Assembly (NCBI GenBank): GCA_964016885.1
Contig: OZ024743.1
Span: forward strand, 1,736,001 to 1,800,000
Length of the DNA stretch: 64,000 bases
Source of the DNA: Eledone cirrhosa
Taxonomy: Eukaryota
Direction of reading: 5' to 3'
The translations under genes and the position numbers were made by a program. The notes beneath the pieces were generated by a model. It was not told the DNA's origin. It ran no database searches and worked only from the letters and a program-made list of their open reading frames with translations. Shown here one piece after another: positions 44,286-56,300 of the stretch. Position 1 is the stretch's first letter; every line of letters begins with the position of its first letter.

Positions 44286-44316
<31 letters not shown>

Positions 44317-44350
44317 GTATGTGTGTATGTATATGTATATATATATATAT

Positions 44351-44480
44351 ATAAAAGGTAAACAGAAATAACAACACAATCGGTACAGTATATGGAAGGT
44401 TTATATTAAGTTAACGCTTGATATAGCTGGAAGAGGGTCTTAAAGTTTTGGACGCTAGTCCTTCATCAGAAGAAAGAATG
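44351..44480 (-). mobile_element. Terminal-repeat fragment with a degenerate HHR; short inverted partner at 45226-45262
   Basis: tctt-CTGATGA-a ggac tagc gtcc-AAAAC-ttt-aaga. Confidence 0.5.
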
Positions 44481-44807
44481 AGAAATAAAATAGATTGAGG
44501 GGACGCGCGGGATGGAATTGGAAAAAATACACACCACCTTCACCACTAATTGATTTGACAGATGTCTTTAACCCATTGATACCGTCAAATGCTTTGCTTA
44601 ATTGTTTTATTTATTAAAAAAAAGTAATTCTTTCTCTCAGACTTCAGGTATTTTTTGAAAGCAAAGCATTGGCCCCTAAAATACTAGAGTGGACCCTGCA
44701 ATGCTACCGTGGGCACCTACAACGTTACTTTGGGTGCCCTGGGGCCCACCTGCCAATGGGCAACTTGGCAACCTGGCCAGTCCGCCACTGTATATATATA
44801 TATATAT

Positions 44808-44852
<45 letters not shown>

Positions 44853-45009
44853 TTCGTTTAACGTCCATTTTCCACGCTAGCATGGGTTATATATATATAT
44901 ATGTGTGTGTGTGTAGTGCTTCTCGGTTTCGAAGACGCTACTTTCCCCCTAAAATATCTCAAAAATCTACCATGCGTCCTGGAGACCGAACGTTATTTAC
45001 TATGTTGTC

Positions 45010-45192
45010 AATTGGCAGTATTGGTAGAGGGTCGGACGCCAAGCTTTGCAGCATACAGTTACCGCCCTTTACGATCTTAATTCAAATCTCGCCGAGGTTA
45101 GCTTTGCCTTTCATCCTTACGGGGTCGATAAAATAAAGTATCAGTAATGCACTGGGTAAATTGCTGGCCTTGTGCCAAATGTAGAAACAATT
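45010..45192 (+). mobile_element. tRNA-derived SINE inserted in a DNA-transposon remnant
   Basis: Dominant SINE consensus; the flanks join up to match 13185-13305. Confidence 0.8.
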
Positions 45193-45269
45193 ATTTTTTT
45201 CAAAATTTTCGTTGTCAAAATTAGGGTACCGATTGTGTTGTTATTTCTGTTTACCTTTTACATACTTAC

Positions 45270-45292
<23 letters not shown>

Positions 45293-45301
<9 letters not shown>

Positions 45302-45588
45302 GAAAACACAGGTAAGCATTAAGAGAAGGATTTTATCCAGGTATTTACGACCGTTTCATTGGTAAGTGCAACCTTATATTGCTATACTGCAAATAGCATC
45401 CACTTAATTACTACCAACTGACAAACCCCAGTTTGTCAGTTGGTAGTAATTTGGACGTGAACAACAATTATAATTAAGTGGCTGCTATTTGCAGTATAGC
45501 AATATAAGGTTGCACTTACCAATGAAACAGTCGTAAATACCTGGATAAAATCCTTCTCTTAATGCTTACCTGTGTTTTCTCTTTTATA
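45293..45588. mobile_element. Inverted terminal-repeat pair with a nested 21-bp junction hairpin
   Basis: Arms 45293-45410 and 45471-45588; GAAACaGTC (HHR 3' half only); hairpin at 45406-45451. Confidence 0.75.
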
Positions 45589-45717
45589 CTTTATACTCCA
45601 AGATTGAACGGAATTCTTACAAAATTGTGGAGTTACTCCTAACCGTACGTTGAAACCGTCCACGAAACTGGCTTTCTTAACCACGAACTAGATCACAATA
45701 AGCAATTTTCTGCTTCC

Positions 45718-45780
<63 letters not shown>

Positions 45781-46990
45781 TATGTATACGTGTGTATGTG
45801 TTGGTGTATGTGTGCATGTATATGTATGTTTATATGTGTATGTGTGTATATGTGTGTTTGTGTGTGGACATGTGTGTGTCTATGTGGATATGTCTGCATA
45901 TGTTCATAAAAAATCTCATTCGAACACTCTATTGTTGAACTGTGGCTAACTGCAACACCTAAGGCGTTCGTGTCCTGATATATTCCATATATCACCATGA
46001 GTCAACACTAGTGTCACCTTAGGATTTCTATAATAATATTATTATTACATGCCCTAATAATTACCATCTTGATTACCCTTATTACATCTTTTTACCCCCA
46101 GTTACATCTTTATAAATATGCATTACTTGGACTGATATGTGTATATATATATATATATATATCCTTATATATACGTCTCTTTTATATATATTTTTGTATA
46201 TATATTTTTGTGTATTTTATATGTTGTACGTATATCACTTGTTGAACATAGCTTGATAGCTTATGCATTTACCAGTCTTATCTTTACCCACACCTTCCTT
46301 TATGGTGTATATTTTACTCCATTTTTTTTTTTGGTGTATTGTTTTATTTATCTTCTGGTGTATATTTTACTTTACTTTATATTATTTTATTTTATTTTAT
46401 TTTATTTTATTTTTTATCTTTTATCTATTTTTTATCTATTTTTTATCTATTTCTTATCTAATTTTTATCTATTTCTTATCTATTTTTTATCTATTTTTTT
46501 ATCTATTTTTTATCTATTTTTTATCTATTTTTTATCTATTTTTTATCTATTTTTTATCTACCTCTTATCTATTTTTTATCTATCTCTATCTCTTAACTTG
46601 TGCCCATCCGTCTATGATATGTTATTTGTATTAGTGTATACTGTATGTGTTGCATACGGGTGCTTGTGTGTAGGTGCATGCGGGTGCTCATGCTTATGCA
46701 TATACTTGTATGTAGCTGTATGTTAACGGTACCCTGCCCAACTGTGAGTGATAACATTTCTTATTTTTTATTTTTCATTTTTATTTTTATTTTTATTTTT
46801 ATTTTTATTTTTATTTTTATTTTTATTTTTATTCTTATTTTTATTCTTATTTTTATGTTTATTTTTATTTTACTCTTTTCTTATTTTACTCCTTTTACTT
46901 TACTCTTTAAACTCCTCCCAACTTATGGTATCCCCACATATATTCTGTTTTGGCTTTGTCAATGCTTGTATACTATGTATTTACTCTTTA

Positions 46991-47036
46991 TGCTCTGAAG
47001 AGTCCCACTTCTAGTGTGGACGAAACACTGTTAGCA
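46991..47036 (+). ncRNA. Hammerhead ribozyme (same family as 32245)
   Basis: tgct-CTGAAGA-gtcc cac ttcta gtg t ggac-GAAAC-act-GTT-agca. Confidence 0.7.
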
Positions 47037-47199
47037 ATTAAAGATATACCTATGTTCTAAGCGCTCTTTGTTGTTAATTGTATGTATGTATATATGTGAG
47101 TGTGTGTGGATATGTGCATGTCTGCATATGTATGTATATATCTATGTGTATGTATGTTTATATATATATACTGTGTATATACATATATGTATGTGCGCT

Positions 47200-47268
<69 letters not shown>

Positions 47269-47564
47269 GTGTTTATGGTCCCCGTCACACCTTGAAGTGA
47301 TCTTTGAAATTCTACCACTTACTTTATTGCTAAAGTAAGCTGTTAACTAACTGTTGACCTAATTTCTAGATGAAGCTGACAACTTTACATCTCTGCTTTA
47401 GATATATTAATTATTTCCTTAATTGAGCTTGCCAATCGAAATAGTTGTTATTGCTTGCTAATAAGACGGTCAAGTTGATTTTACAGACATCACATACTCA
47501 ACGAACTTATTATATAATTTACCCTAATTTAGTGGAAAAACAACCCTGCTGAGTATCAATATTG

Positions 47565-47900
47565 TTTTGGCAGAATCACTAGAGTGTCTGGCAAATTATT
47601 TTGCAGTATTTAATTGGGACTTTCTACGTTTTGAGTTAAAAACCAGCTGAGATCAACTTTGCCTTTCATCTTTTGAGGTCGATAAAATAAAGTATCACTT
47701 AAGTATTGTAGTCGGCTTAATCAACTTTCTCCTGTCCTCATATTACAGGCCTTGTGCCAATGTTATAAACCATTTGTTGTTGGTGTCCACACAGCATGAC
47801 CCAATGGATAAGGTGTTTACATCGTAATCATAAAGCCCTGGGTTCGATCCCACTGAATGATATCTTGGGTAAGTGTTATCTTGGGTAAGTGTTACCATAG
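47565..47900 (+). mobile_element. Diverged SINE followed by a second tRNA-like head
   Basis: aactttgcctttcatc..ggtcgataaaataaagta..ggccttgtgcc; gggttcgatccc at 47840. Confidence 0.6.
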
Positions 47901-48309
47901 TCCGCCGGGACCGCGGGGCGGCCAACGCGTGGGCCCCTATTTGCTCATACTAGTGAGAGTTGGGGATAGTGGGAGAGACGGGGGCAGTGACAGTGGAAGT
48001 TTGACTCCTTTGTGTTCAGACCTGGTGTATATGTATATATATATATTTACCGCTCCACAAACACATTCATCAAGACACCATCTATAAAATACATAAGATA
48101 TAACCCATATCTTATGAGTGTAATTAGATAGGAAAAAACTGTGGAGGGCCATTGGATTGATTGTATTTGTAATTCTTAGAGCCAGCCTTGACACACTATG
48201 CCACTCTGGATTACGTTAAGGGTACACGTATCTAAGGAATGCTCAGTCAGTTTCTCGTTAATTTCATGAACAAGTCATTCCGTTGATCAAACAACTGGAA
48301 CTTCTTAAC

Positions 48310-48545
48310 AATTCGACCATACAATTGCTCCGATACTATAGGTAAGTGGTTAGAATATTTCAGGAAAGAATCGCTGGACAGATTTTATGGGCAAAACCAA
48401 CTGGCATGAGACCCAGGGGTAGACCCAGAGCAAGATGGTTGGATAACATCTATGAACTTGGCTGGTCTCGCTTGTGGATCCAGCCAGATCAGTTGGAGAC
48501 GGTTGCTTCTGACAGTACCCGTTGGAAGGAGTGTTTGAGGACTGT
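48310..48545 (+). mobile_element. RTE-like LINE 3' fragment
   Basis: RIAGQILWAKPTGMRPRGRPRARWLDNI. Confidence 0.65.
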
Positions 48546-48734
48546 GAATTTTTTAAATACCAAATGAAGGGATTTCACCCTGTTTTTGAATTGATATACA
48601 ACATTGATTTATTTGATGTGAAAATGAAAGCTTTTTGTTTTTCTCGATACTGAATTTTATTATTCGCTAACCAAAAATTATTGAAGAAAACAAAGATTTT
48701 TTGTATGCTATGTCACATATTCACTGAAGTGATC

Positions 48735-49012
48735 CGCGAAATCCGCGAACCGGATGGAAAAAACCCACGAACCGGATGAAAATAACTCCGTGAGCCGGAT
48801 GAAAATAACTCCGTGAACCGGATGAAAAGAAGTTTGCGAGCCGAATGAAGAAAATTTCGTGAGCCGGATGAAAATTTCGTGAGCCGGGTAAAAAGAAATC
48901 CGCAAGTTGGATGAAAATAAATCTGCGAACCAGATGAAAAGAAGCCCATGAGCTCGATGAAAAGAAACCCGTTTGCCCGACGAAAGAAGACATGCAGCGG
49001 ATGAAAAGAAAC
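48735..49012. repeat. Degenerate ~22-bp minisatellite (gaaccggatgaaaataactccgt)
   Basis: About 12 diverged units. Confidence 0.85.
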
Positions 49013-49392
49013 TCTATGCCGTAATTTGCTGACCCTTAGTCTAATGCTTTAGCTTACAGTTTTGTAATTGCTACTTATTTTATTTGTGAACAGAAAAAAA
49101 ACAAGAAGTGGCTATCTTTCCCCTCCACTCATACGTGAGGGTCTGAATTTAATCCTGTTATCAGCAATGAAGCAGGTATGTGAATCAAATCAAATTTCCG
49201 TCTACTGATACTTATTCTTGAGAGTTAGTTAAGTTGAAGTCAGAGAATTAGTGGGGTGGGGTGAAGGGGTTGGGGCGGGGTCTCTGTATAGTAAAACAAA
49301 AACACGTTAGTTCATGTCTTGTGACATTTCAAATAGGAGTGTTCTTCGAAGCAAATAGTTCATTTGTTTGTTTAGTGTCTTTATCATAGATA

Positions 49393-49750
49393 TGAGGCGG
49401 TCAATTGACAAACACATTAGAACGTCCGATAGAATACTTTGCAGTATTTGTTTTGGATCCATGCGCCCTCAGTTTAAAAACCTGCCAAGGTCGATTTAGC
49501 CTTTCATCCTTTCGGGGTCGATAAAAAAGTACCAATCCGGTACTGGAGTAGATTGTTCTACATCCCTCTCTCACTTCCCTCGGCTCTCTCATTCCTTTTC
49601 TAGAAGAAATTGGCTGTGTTCAGACATGCAGAGGGGTTGAGGCTCCGCCAGATTAAACAATACCTAAGACACGCTGTATAATCACTACGGCGCCCTTACA
49701 TGTCCACCAATAGTTACGAGTTCATACATCATGGATATGGTGTATCGTCT
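49393..49750 (+). mobile_element. Long-tailed SINE variant
   Basis: Colinear with 5395-5780. Confidence 0.65.
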
Positions 49751-49804
49751 GGGTAAGAATGGTGGCCATATCAAAACAGTCAGCTATGAATCACTAGAGA
49801 AATA

Positions 49805-50372
49805 ATGGTTTCTGATTTAGGCACAAGGCCAGCAATTTTTGTGGAAGGGAAAGTCAACGAAATCGACCCCAGTGCATGACTGGTACTTTATTTTATCGAC
49901 CCCGTAAGGATGAAAGGCAAAGCTAACCTCGACGGGCCGTAACTCTACGCCGCGAAGCAGTGTGTCCGACGCTCTACCGATACTGTCAATCCATCGCCCT
50001 CACTCACTACAGTATTAATAACAACAAAGAACAGCGTATGAATGGTGGACTCCTAACTTCCTAGGTGGACACTCCTACCAAAACAACCAGCTACAACTAT
50101 TTACAGAAATAAGGATTTCTAGTATAGGCATAAGGCCAGTAATTTGGGGGGAGGGGAAAGTTGATTAAATCGACCCCAGTACGTTACTGGTGCTTTATTT
50201 GATCGATCTCGTAAGGATGAAAGGCAAAGTTAACCTCGGTGGGATTTGAACTCAGACTGTAAAGGATGGTAACTCTATGCTGCAAAGCATGGCGTCCGAC
50301 TCTTTCCCGATATTGCCAATCCACCGCCCTCATTTACAAAAACAATAACACCAAAGAACAGCGTATGAATGG
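49805..50372 (-). mobile_element. Two tandem SINE-plus-flank units (49805-50075 and 50110-50372)
   Basis: Both SINE copies are followed on + by caaagaacagcgtatgaatggtggac. Confidence 0.8.
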
Positions 50373-53300
50373 TGGACACCTAACTTCGGTAGTGGACACT
50401 TAGCTTCATTGTGGACACCTAACTTCGGTAGTGGACACTTAGCTTCATTGTGGACACCTAACTTCAGTAGTGGACACTTAGCTTCATTGTGGACACCTAA
50501 CTTCGGTAGTGGACACTTAGCTTCATTGTGGACACCTAACTTCGGTAGTGGACACTTAGCTTCATTGCGGACACCTAACTTCAGTAGTGGACACTTAGCT
50601 TCATTGTGGACACCTAACTTCGGTAGTGAACACTTAGCTTCATTGTGGACACCTAACTTCGGTAGTGGACACTTAGCTTCATTGCGGACACCTAACTTCA
50701 GTAGTGGACACTTAGCTTCATTGTGGACACCTAACTTCGGTAGTGGACACTTAGCTTCATTGTGGACACCTAACTTCGGTAGTGGACACTTAGCTTCATT
50801 GTGGACACCTAACTTCGGTAGTGGACACTTAGCTTCATTGTGGACACCTAACTTCGGTAGTGGACACTTAGCTTCATTGTGGACACCTAACTTCGGTAGT
50901 GGACACTTAGCTTCATTGCGGACACCTAACTTCAGTAGTGGACACTTAGCTTCATTGTGGACACCTAACTTCGGTAGTGGGCACTTAGCTTCATTGTGGA
51001 CACCTAACTTCGGTAGTGGACACTTAGCTTCATTGCGGACACCTAACTTCAGTAGTGGACACTTAGCTTCATTGTGGACACCTAACTTCGGTAGTGGACA
51101 CTTAGCTTCATTGTGGACACCTAACTTCGGTAGTGGACACTTAGCTTCATTGTGGACACCTAACTTCGGTAGTGGACACTTAGCTTCATTGCGGACACCT
51201 AACTTCAGTAGTGGACACTTAGCTTCATTGCGGACACCTAACTTCGGTAGTGGACACTTAGCTTCATTGTGGACACCTAACTTCGGTGGTGGACACTTAG
51301 CTTCATTGTGGACACCTAACTTCGGTAGTGGACACTTAGCTTCATTGCGGACACCTAACTTCAGTAGTGGACACTTAGCTTCATTGTGGACACCTAACTT
51401 CGGTAGTGGACACTTAGCTTCATTGTGGACACCTAACTTCGGTAGTGGACACTTAGCTTCATTGCGGACACCTAACTTCAGTAGTGGACACTTAGCTTCA
51501 TTGTGGACACCTAACTTCGGTAGTGGACACTTAGCTTCATTGTGGACACCTAACTTCGGTAGTGGACACTTAGCTTCATTGTGGACACCTAACTTCGGTA
51601 GTGGACACTTAGCTTCATTGCGGACACCTAACTTCAGTAGTGGACACTTAGCTTCATTGTGGACACCTAACTTCGGTAGTGGACACTTAGCTTCATTACG
51701 GACACCTAACTTCGGTAGTGGACACTTAGCTTCATTACGGACACCTAACTTCGGTAGTGGACACTTAGCTTCATTACGGACACCTAACTTCGGTAGTGGA
51801 CACTTAGCTTCATTACGGACACCTAACTTCGGTAGTGGACACTTAGCTTCATTGTGGACACCTAACTTCAGTAGTGGACACTTAGCTTCATTGTGGACAC
51901 CTAACTTCGGTAGTGGACACTTAGCTTCATTGCGGACACCTAACTTCGGTAGTGGACACTTAGCTTCATTGCGGACACCTAACTTCGGTAGTGGACACTT
52001 AGCTTCATTGCGGACACCTAACGTCAGTAGTGGACACTTAGCTTCATTGCGGACACCTAACGTCAGTAGTGGACACTTAACTTCATTGTGGACACCTAAC
52101 TTCGGTAGTGGACACTTAGCTTCATTGCGGACACCTAACGTCAGTAGTGGACACTTAGCTTCATTGTGGACACCTAACTTCGGTAGTGGACACTTAGCTT
52201 CATTGCGGACACCTAACTTCGGTAGTGGACACTTAGCTTCATTGTGGACACCTAACTTCGGTAGTGGACACTTAGCTTCATTGCGGACACCTAACTTCGG
52301 TAGTGGACACTCAGCTTCATTGCGGACACCTAACGTCAGTAGTGGACACTTAGCTTCATTGTGGACACCTAACTTCGGTAGTGGACACTTAGCTTCATTA
52401 CGGACACCTAACTTCGGTAGTGGACACTTAGCTTCATTGCGGACACCTAACGTCAGTAGTGGACACTTAGCTTCATTGTGGACACCTAACTTCAGTAGTG
52501 GACACTTAGCTTCATTGTGGACACCTAACTTCGGTAGTGGACACTTAGCTTCATTACGGACACCTAACTTCGGTAGTGGACACTTAGCTTCATTGCGGAC
52601 ACCTAACGTCAGTAGTGGACACTTAGCTTCAGTGCGGACACCTAACTTCGGTAGTGGACACTCAGCTTCATTGCGGACACCTAACGTCAGTAGTGGACAC
52701 TTAGCTTCATTGTGGACACCTAACTTCAGTAGTGGACACTTAGCTTCATTACGGACACCTAACTTCAGTAGTGGACACTTAGCTTCATTACGGACACATA
52801 ACTTCGGTAGTGGACACTCAGCTTCATTGCGGACACCTAACTTCGGTAGTGGACATTTAGCTTCGTTGTGGACACCTAACTTCGGTAGTGGACACTTAGC
52901 TTCATTGTGGACACCTAACTTCGGTAGTGGACACTTAGCTTCATTGTGGACACCTAACTTCGGTAGTGGACACTTAGCTTCATTGTGGACACCTATTTTC
53001 GGTAGTGGACACTTAGCTTCATTGTGGACACCTAACTTCGGTAGTGGACACTCAGCTTCATTGTGGACACCTAACTTCGGTAGTGGACACTTAGCTTCAT
53101 TGCCGACACCTAACTTCGGTAGTGGACACTCAGCTTCATTGTGGACACCTAACTTCGGTAGTGGACACTTAGCTTCATTGTGGACTCCTAACTTCGGTAG
53201 TGGACATTTAGCTTCATTTTGGACACCTAACTTCGGTAGTGGACACTTAGCTTCATTGTGGACACCTAACTTCGGTAGTGGACACTTAGCTTCATTACGG

Positions 53301-56300
53301 ACACCTAACTTCAGTAGTGGACACTTAGCTTCATTGTGGACACATAACTTCGGTAGTGGACACTTGGCTTCATTGTGGACACCTAACTTCGGTAGTGGAC
53401 ACTTAGCTTCATTGTGGACTCCTAACTTCGGTAGTGGACACTTAGCTTCATTGTGGACACCTAACTTCGGTAGTGGACACTTAGCTTCATTGCGGACACC
53501 TAACTTCGGTAGTGGACACTTAGCTTCATTGTGGACACCTAACTTCGGTAGTGGACACTTAGCTTCATTGTGGACACCTAACTTCGGTAGTGGACACTTA
53601 GCTTCATTGTGGACACCTAACTTCGGTAGTGGACACTTAGCTTCATTACGGACACCTAACTTCGGTAGTGGACACTCAGCTTCATTGTGTACACCTAACT
53701 TCGGTAGTGGACACTTAGCTTCATTGCGGACACCTAACGTCAGTAGTGGACACTTAGCTTCATTGTGGACACCTAACTTCGGTAGTGGACACTTAGCTTC
53801 ATTGTGGACACCTAACTTCGGTAGTGGACACTTAGCTTCATTACGGACACCTAACGTCAGTAGTGGACACTTAGCTTCATTGTGGACACCTAACGTCGGT
53901 AGTGGACACTTAGCTTCACTGTGGACACCTAACTTCGGAAATGGACACTTAGCTTCATTGCGTCACCTAACTTCGGAAATGGACACTTAGCTTCATTGCG
54001 GACACCTAACTTCGGAAATGGACACTTAGCTTCATTGCGGACACATAACTTCGGTAGTGGACACTCAGCTTCATTGTGGACACCTAACTTCGGAAATGGA
54101 CACTTAGCTTCATTGCGGACACCTAACTTCGGTAGTGGACACTTAGCTTCATTGTGGACACCTAACTTCGGTAGTGGACACTTAGCTTCATTGCGGACAC
54201 CTAACTTCAGTAGTGGACACTTAGCTTCATTGTGGACACCTAACTTCGGTAGTGGACACTTAGCTTCATTGTGGACACCTAACTTCGGTAGTGGACACTT
54301 AGCTTCATTGTGGACACCTAACTTCGGTAGTGGACACTTAGCTTCATTACGGACACCTAACTTCGGTAGTGGACACTTAGCTTCATTGTGGACACCTAAC
54401 TTCAGTAGTGGACACTTAGCTTCATTGTGGACACCTAACTTCGGTAGTGGACACTTAGCTTCATTGCGGACACCTAACTTCGGTAGTGGACACTTAGCTT
54501 CATTGCGGACACCTAACTTCGGTAGTGGACACTTAGCTTCATTGCGGACACCTAACGTCAGTAGTGGACACTTAGCTTCATTGCGGACACCTAACGTCAG
54601 TAGTGGACACTTAACTTCATTGTGGACACCTAACTTCGGTAGTGGACACTTAGCTTCATTGCGGACACCTAACGTCAGTAGTGGACACTTAGCTTCATTG
54701 TGGACACCTAACTTCGGTAGTGGACACTTAGCTTCATTGCGGACACCTAACTTCGGTAGTGGACACTTAGCTTCATTGTGGACACCTAACTTCGGTAGTG
54801 GACACTTAGCTTCATTGCGGACACCTAACTTCGGTAGTGGACACTCAGCTTCATTGCGGACACCTAACGTCAGTAGTGGACACTTAGCTTCATTGTGGAC
54901 ACCTAACTTCGGTAGTGGACACTTAGCTTCATTACGGACACCTAACTTCGGTAGTGGACACTTAGCTTCATTGCGGACACCTAACGTCAGTAGTGGACAC
55001 TTAGCTTCATTGTGGACACCTAACTTCAGTAGTGGACACTTAGCTTCATTGTGGACACCTAACTTCGGTAGTGGACACTTAGCTTCATTACGGACACCTA
55101 ACTTCGGTAGTGGACACTTAGCTTCATTGCGGACACCTAACGTCAGTAGTGGACACTTAGCTTCATTGCGGACACCTAACTTCGGTAGTGGACACTCAGC
55201 TTCATTGCGGACACCTAACGTCAGTAGTGGACACTTAGCTTCATTGTGGACACCTAACTTCAGTAGTGGACACTTAGCTTCATTACGGACACCTAACTTC
55301 AGTAGTGGACACTTAGCTTCATTACGGACACATAACTTCGGTAGTGGACACTCAGCTTCATTGCGGACACCTAACTTCGGTAGTGGACATTTAGCTTCGT
55401 TGTGGACACCTAACTTCGGTAGTGGACACTTAGCTTCATTGTGGACACCTAACTTCGGTAGTGGACACTTAGCTTCATTGTGGACACCTAACTTCGGTAG
55501 TGGACACTTAGCTTCATTGTGGACACCTAATTTCGGTAGTGGACACTTAGCTTCATTGTGGACACCTAACTTCGGTAGTGGACACTCAGCTTCATTGTGG
55601 ACACCTAACTTCGGTAGTGGACACTTAGCTTCATTGCCGACACCTAACTTCGGTAGTGGACACTCAGCTTCATTGTGGACACCTAACTTCGGTAGTGGAC
55701 ACTTAGCTTCATTGTGGACTCCTAACTTCGGTAGTGGACACTTAGCTTCATTGTGGACACCTAACTTCGGTAGTGGACATTTAGCTTCATTGTGGACACC
55801 TAACTTCGGTAGTGGACACTTAGCTTCATTGTGGACACCTAACTTCGGTAGTGGACACTTAGCTTCATTACGGACACCTAACTTCAGTAGTGGACACTTA
55901 GCTTCATTGTGGACACATAACTTCGGTAGTGGACACTTGGCTTCATTGTGGACACCTAACTTCGGTAGTGGACACTTAGCTTCATTGTGGACTCCTAACT
56001 TCGGTAGTGGACACTTAGCTTCATTGTGGACACCTAACTTCGGTAGTGGACACTTAGCTTCATTACGGACACCTAACTTCGGTAGTGGACACTCAGCTTC
56101 ATTGTGTACACCTAACTTCGGTAGTGGACACTTAGCTTCATTGCGGACACCTAACGTCAGTAGTGGACACTTAGCTTCATTGTGGACACCTAACTTCGGT
56201 AGTGGACACTTAGCTTCATTGTGGACACCTAACTTCGGTAGTGGACACTTAGCTTCATTACGGACACCTAACGTCAGTAGTGGACACTTAGCTTCATTGT

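Larger units (their letters stand above)
43216..44287. mobile_element. Retrozyme-like element C: 2.1 tandem 313-bp monomers (- sense) fused to 1.2 inverted ~332-bp monomers (+ sense)
   Basis: Unit starts at 43216, 43529 and 43842; inversion at ~43880; HHRs at 43353-43413 (-), 43666-43726 (-) and 44113-44205 (+); flanked by (TA)n. Confidence 0.85.
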
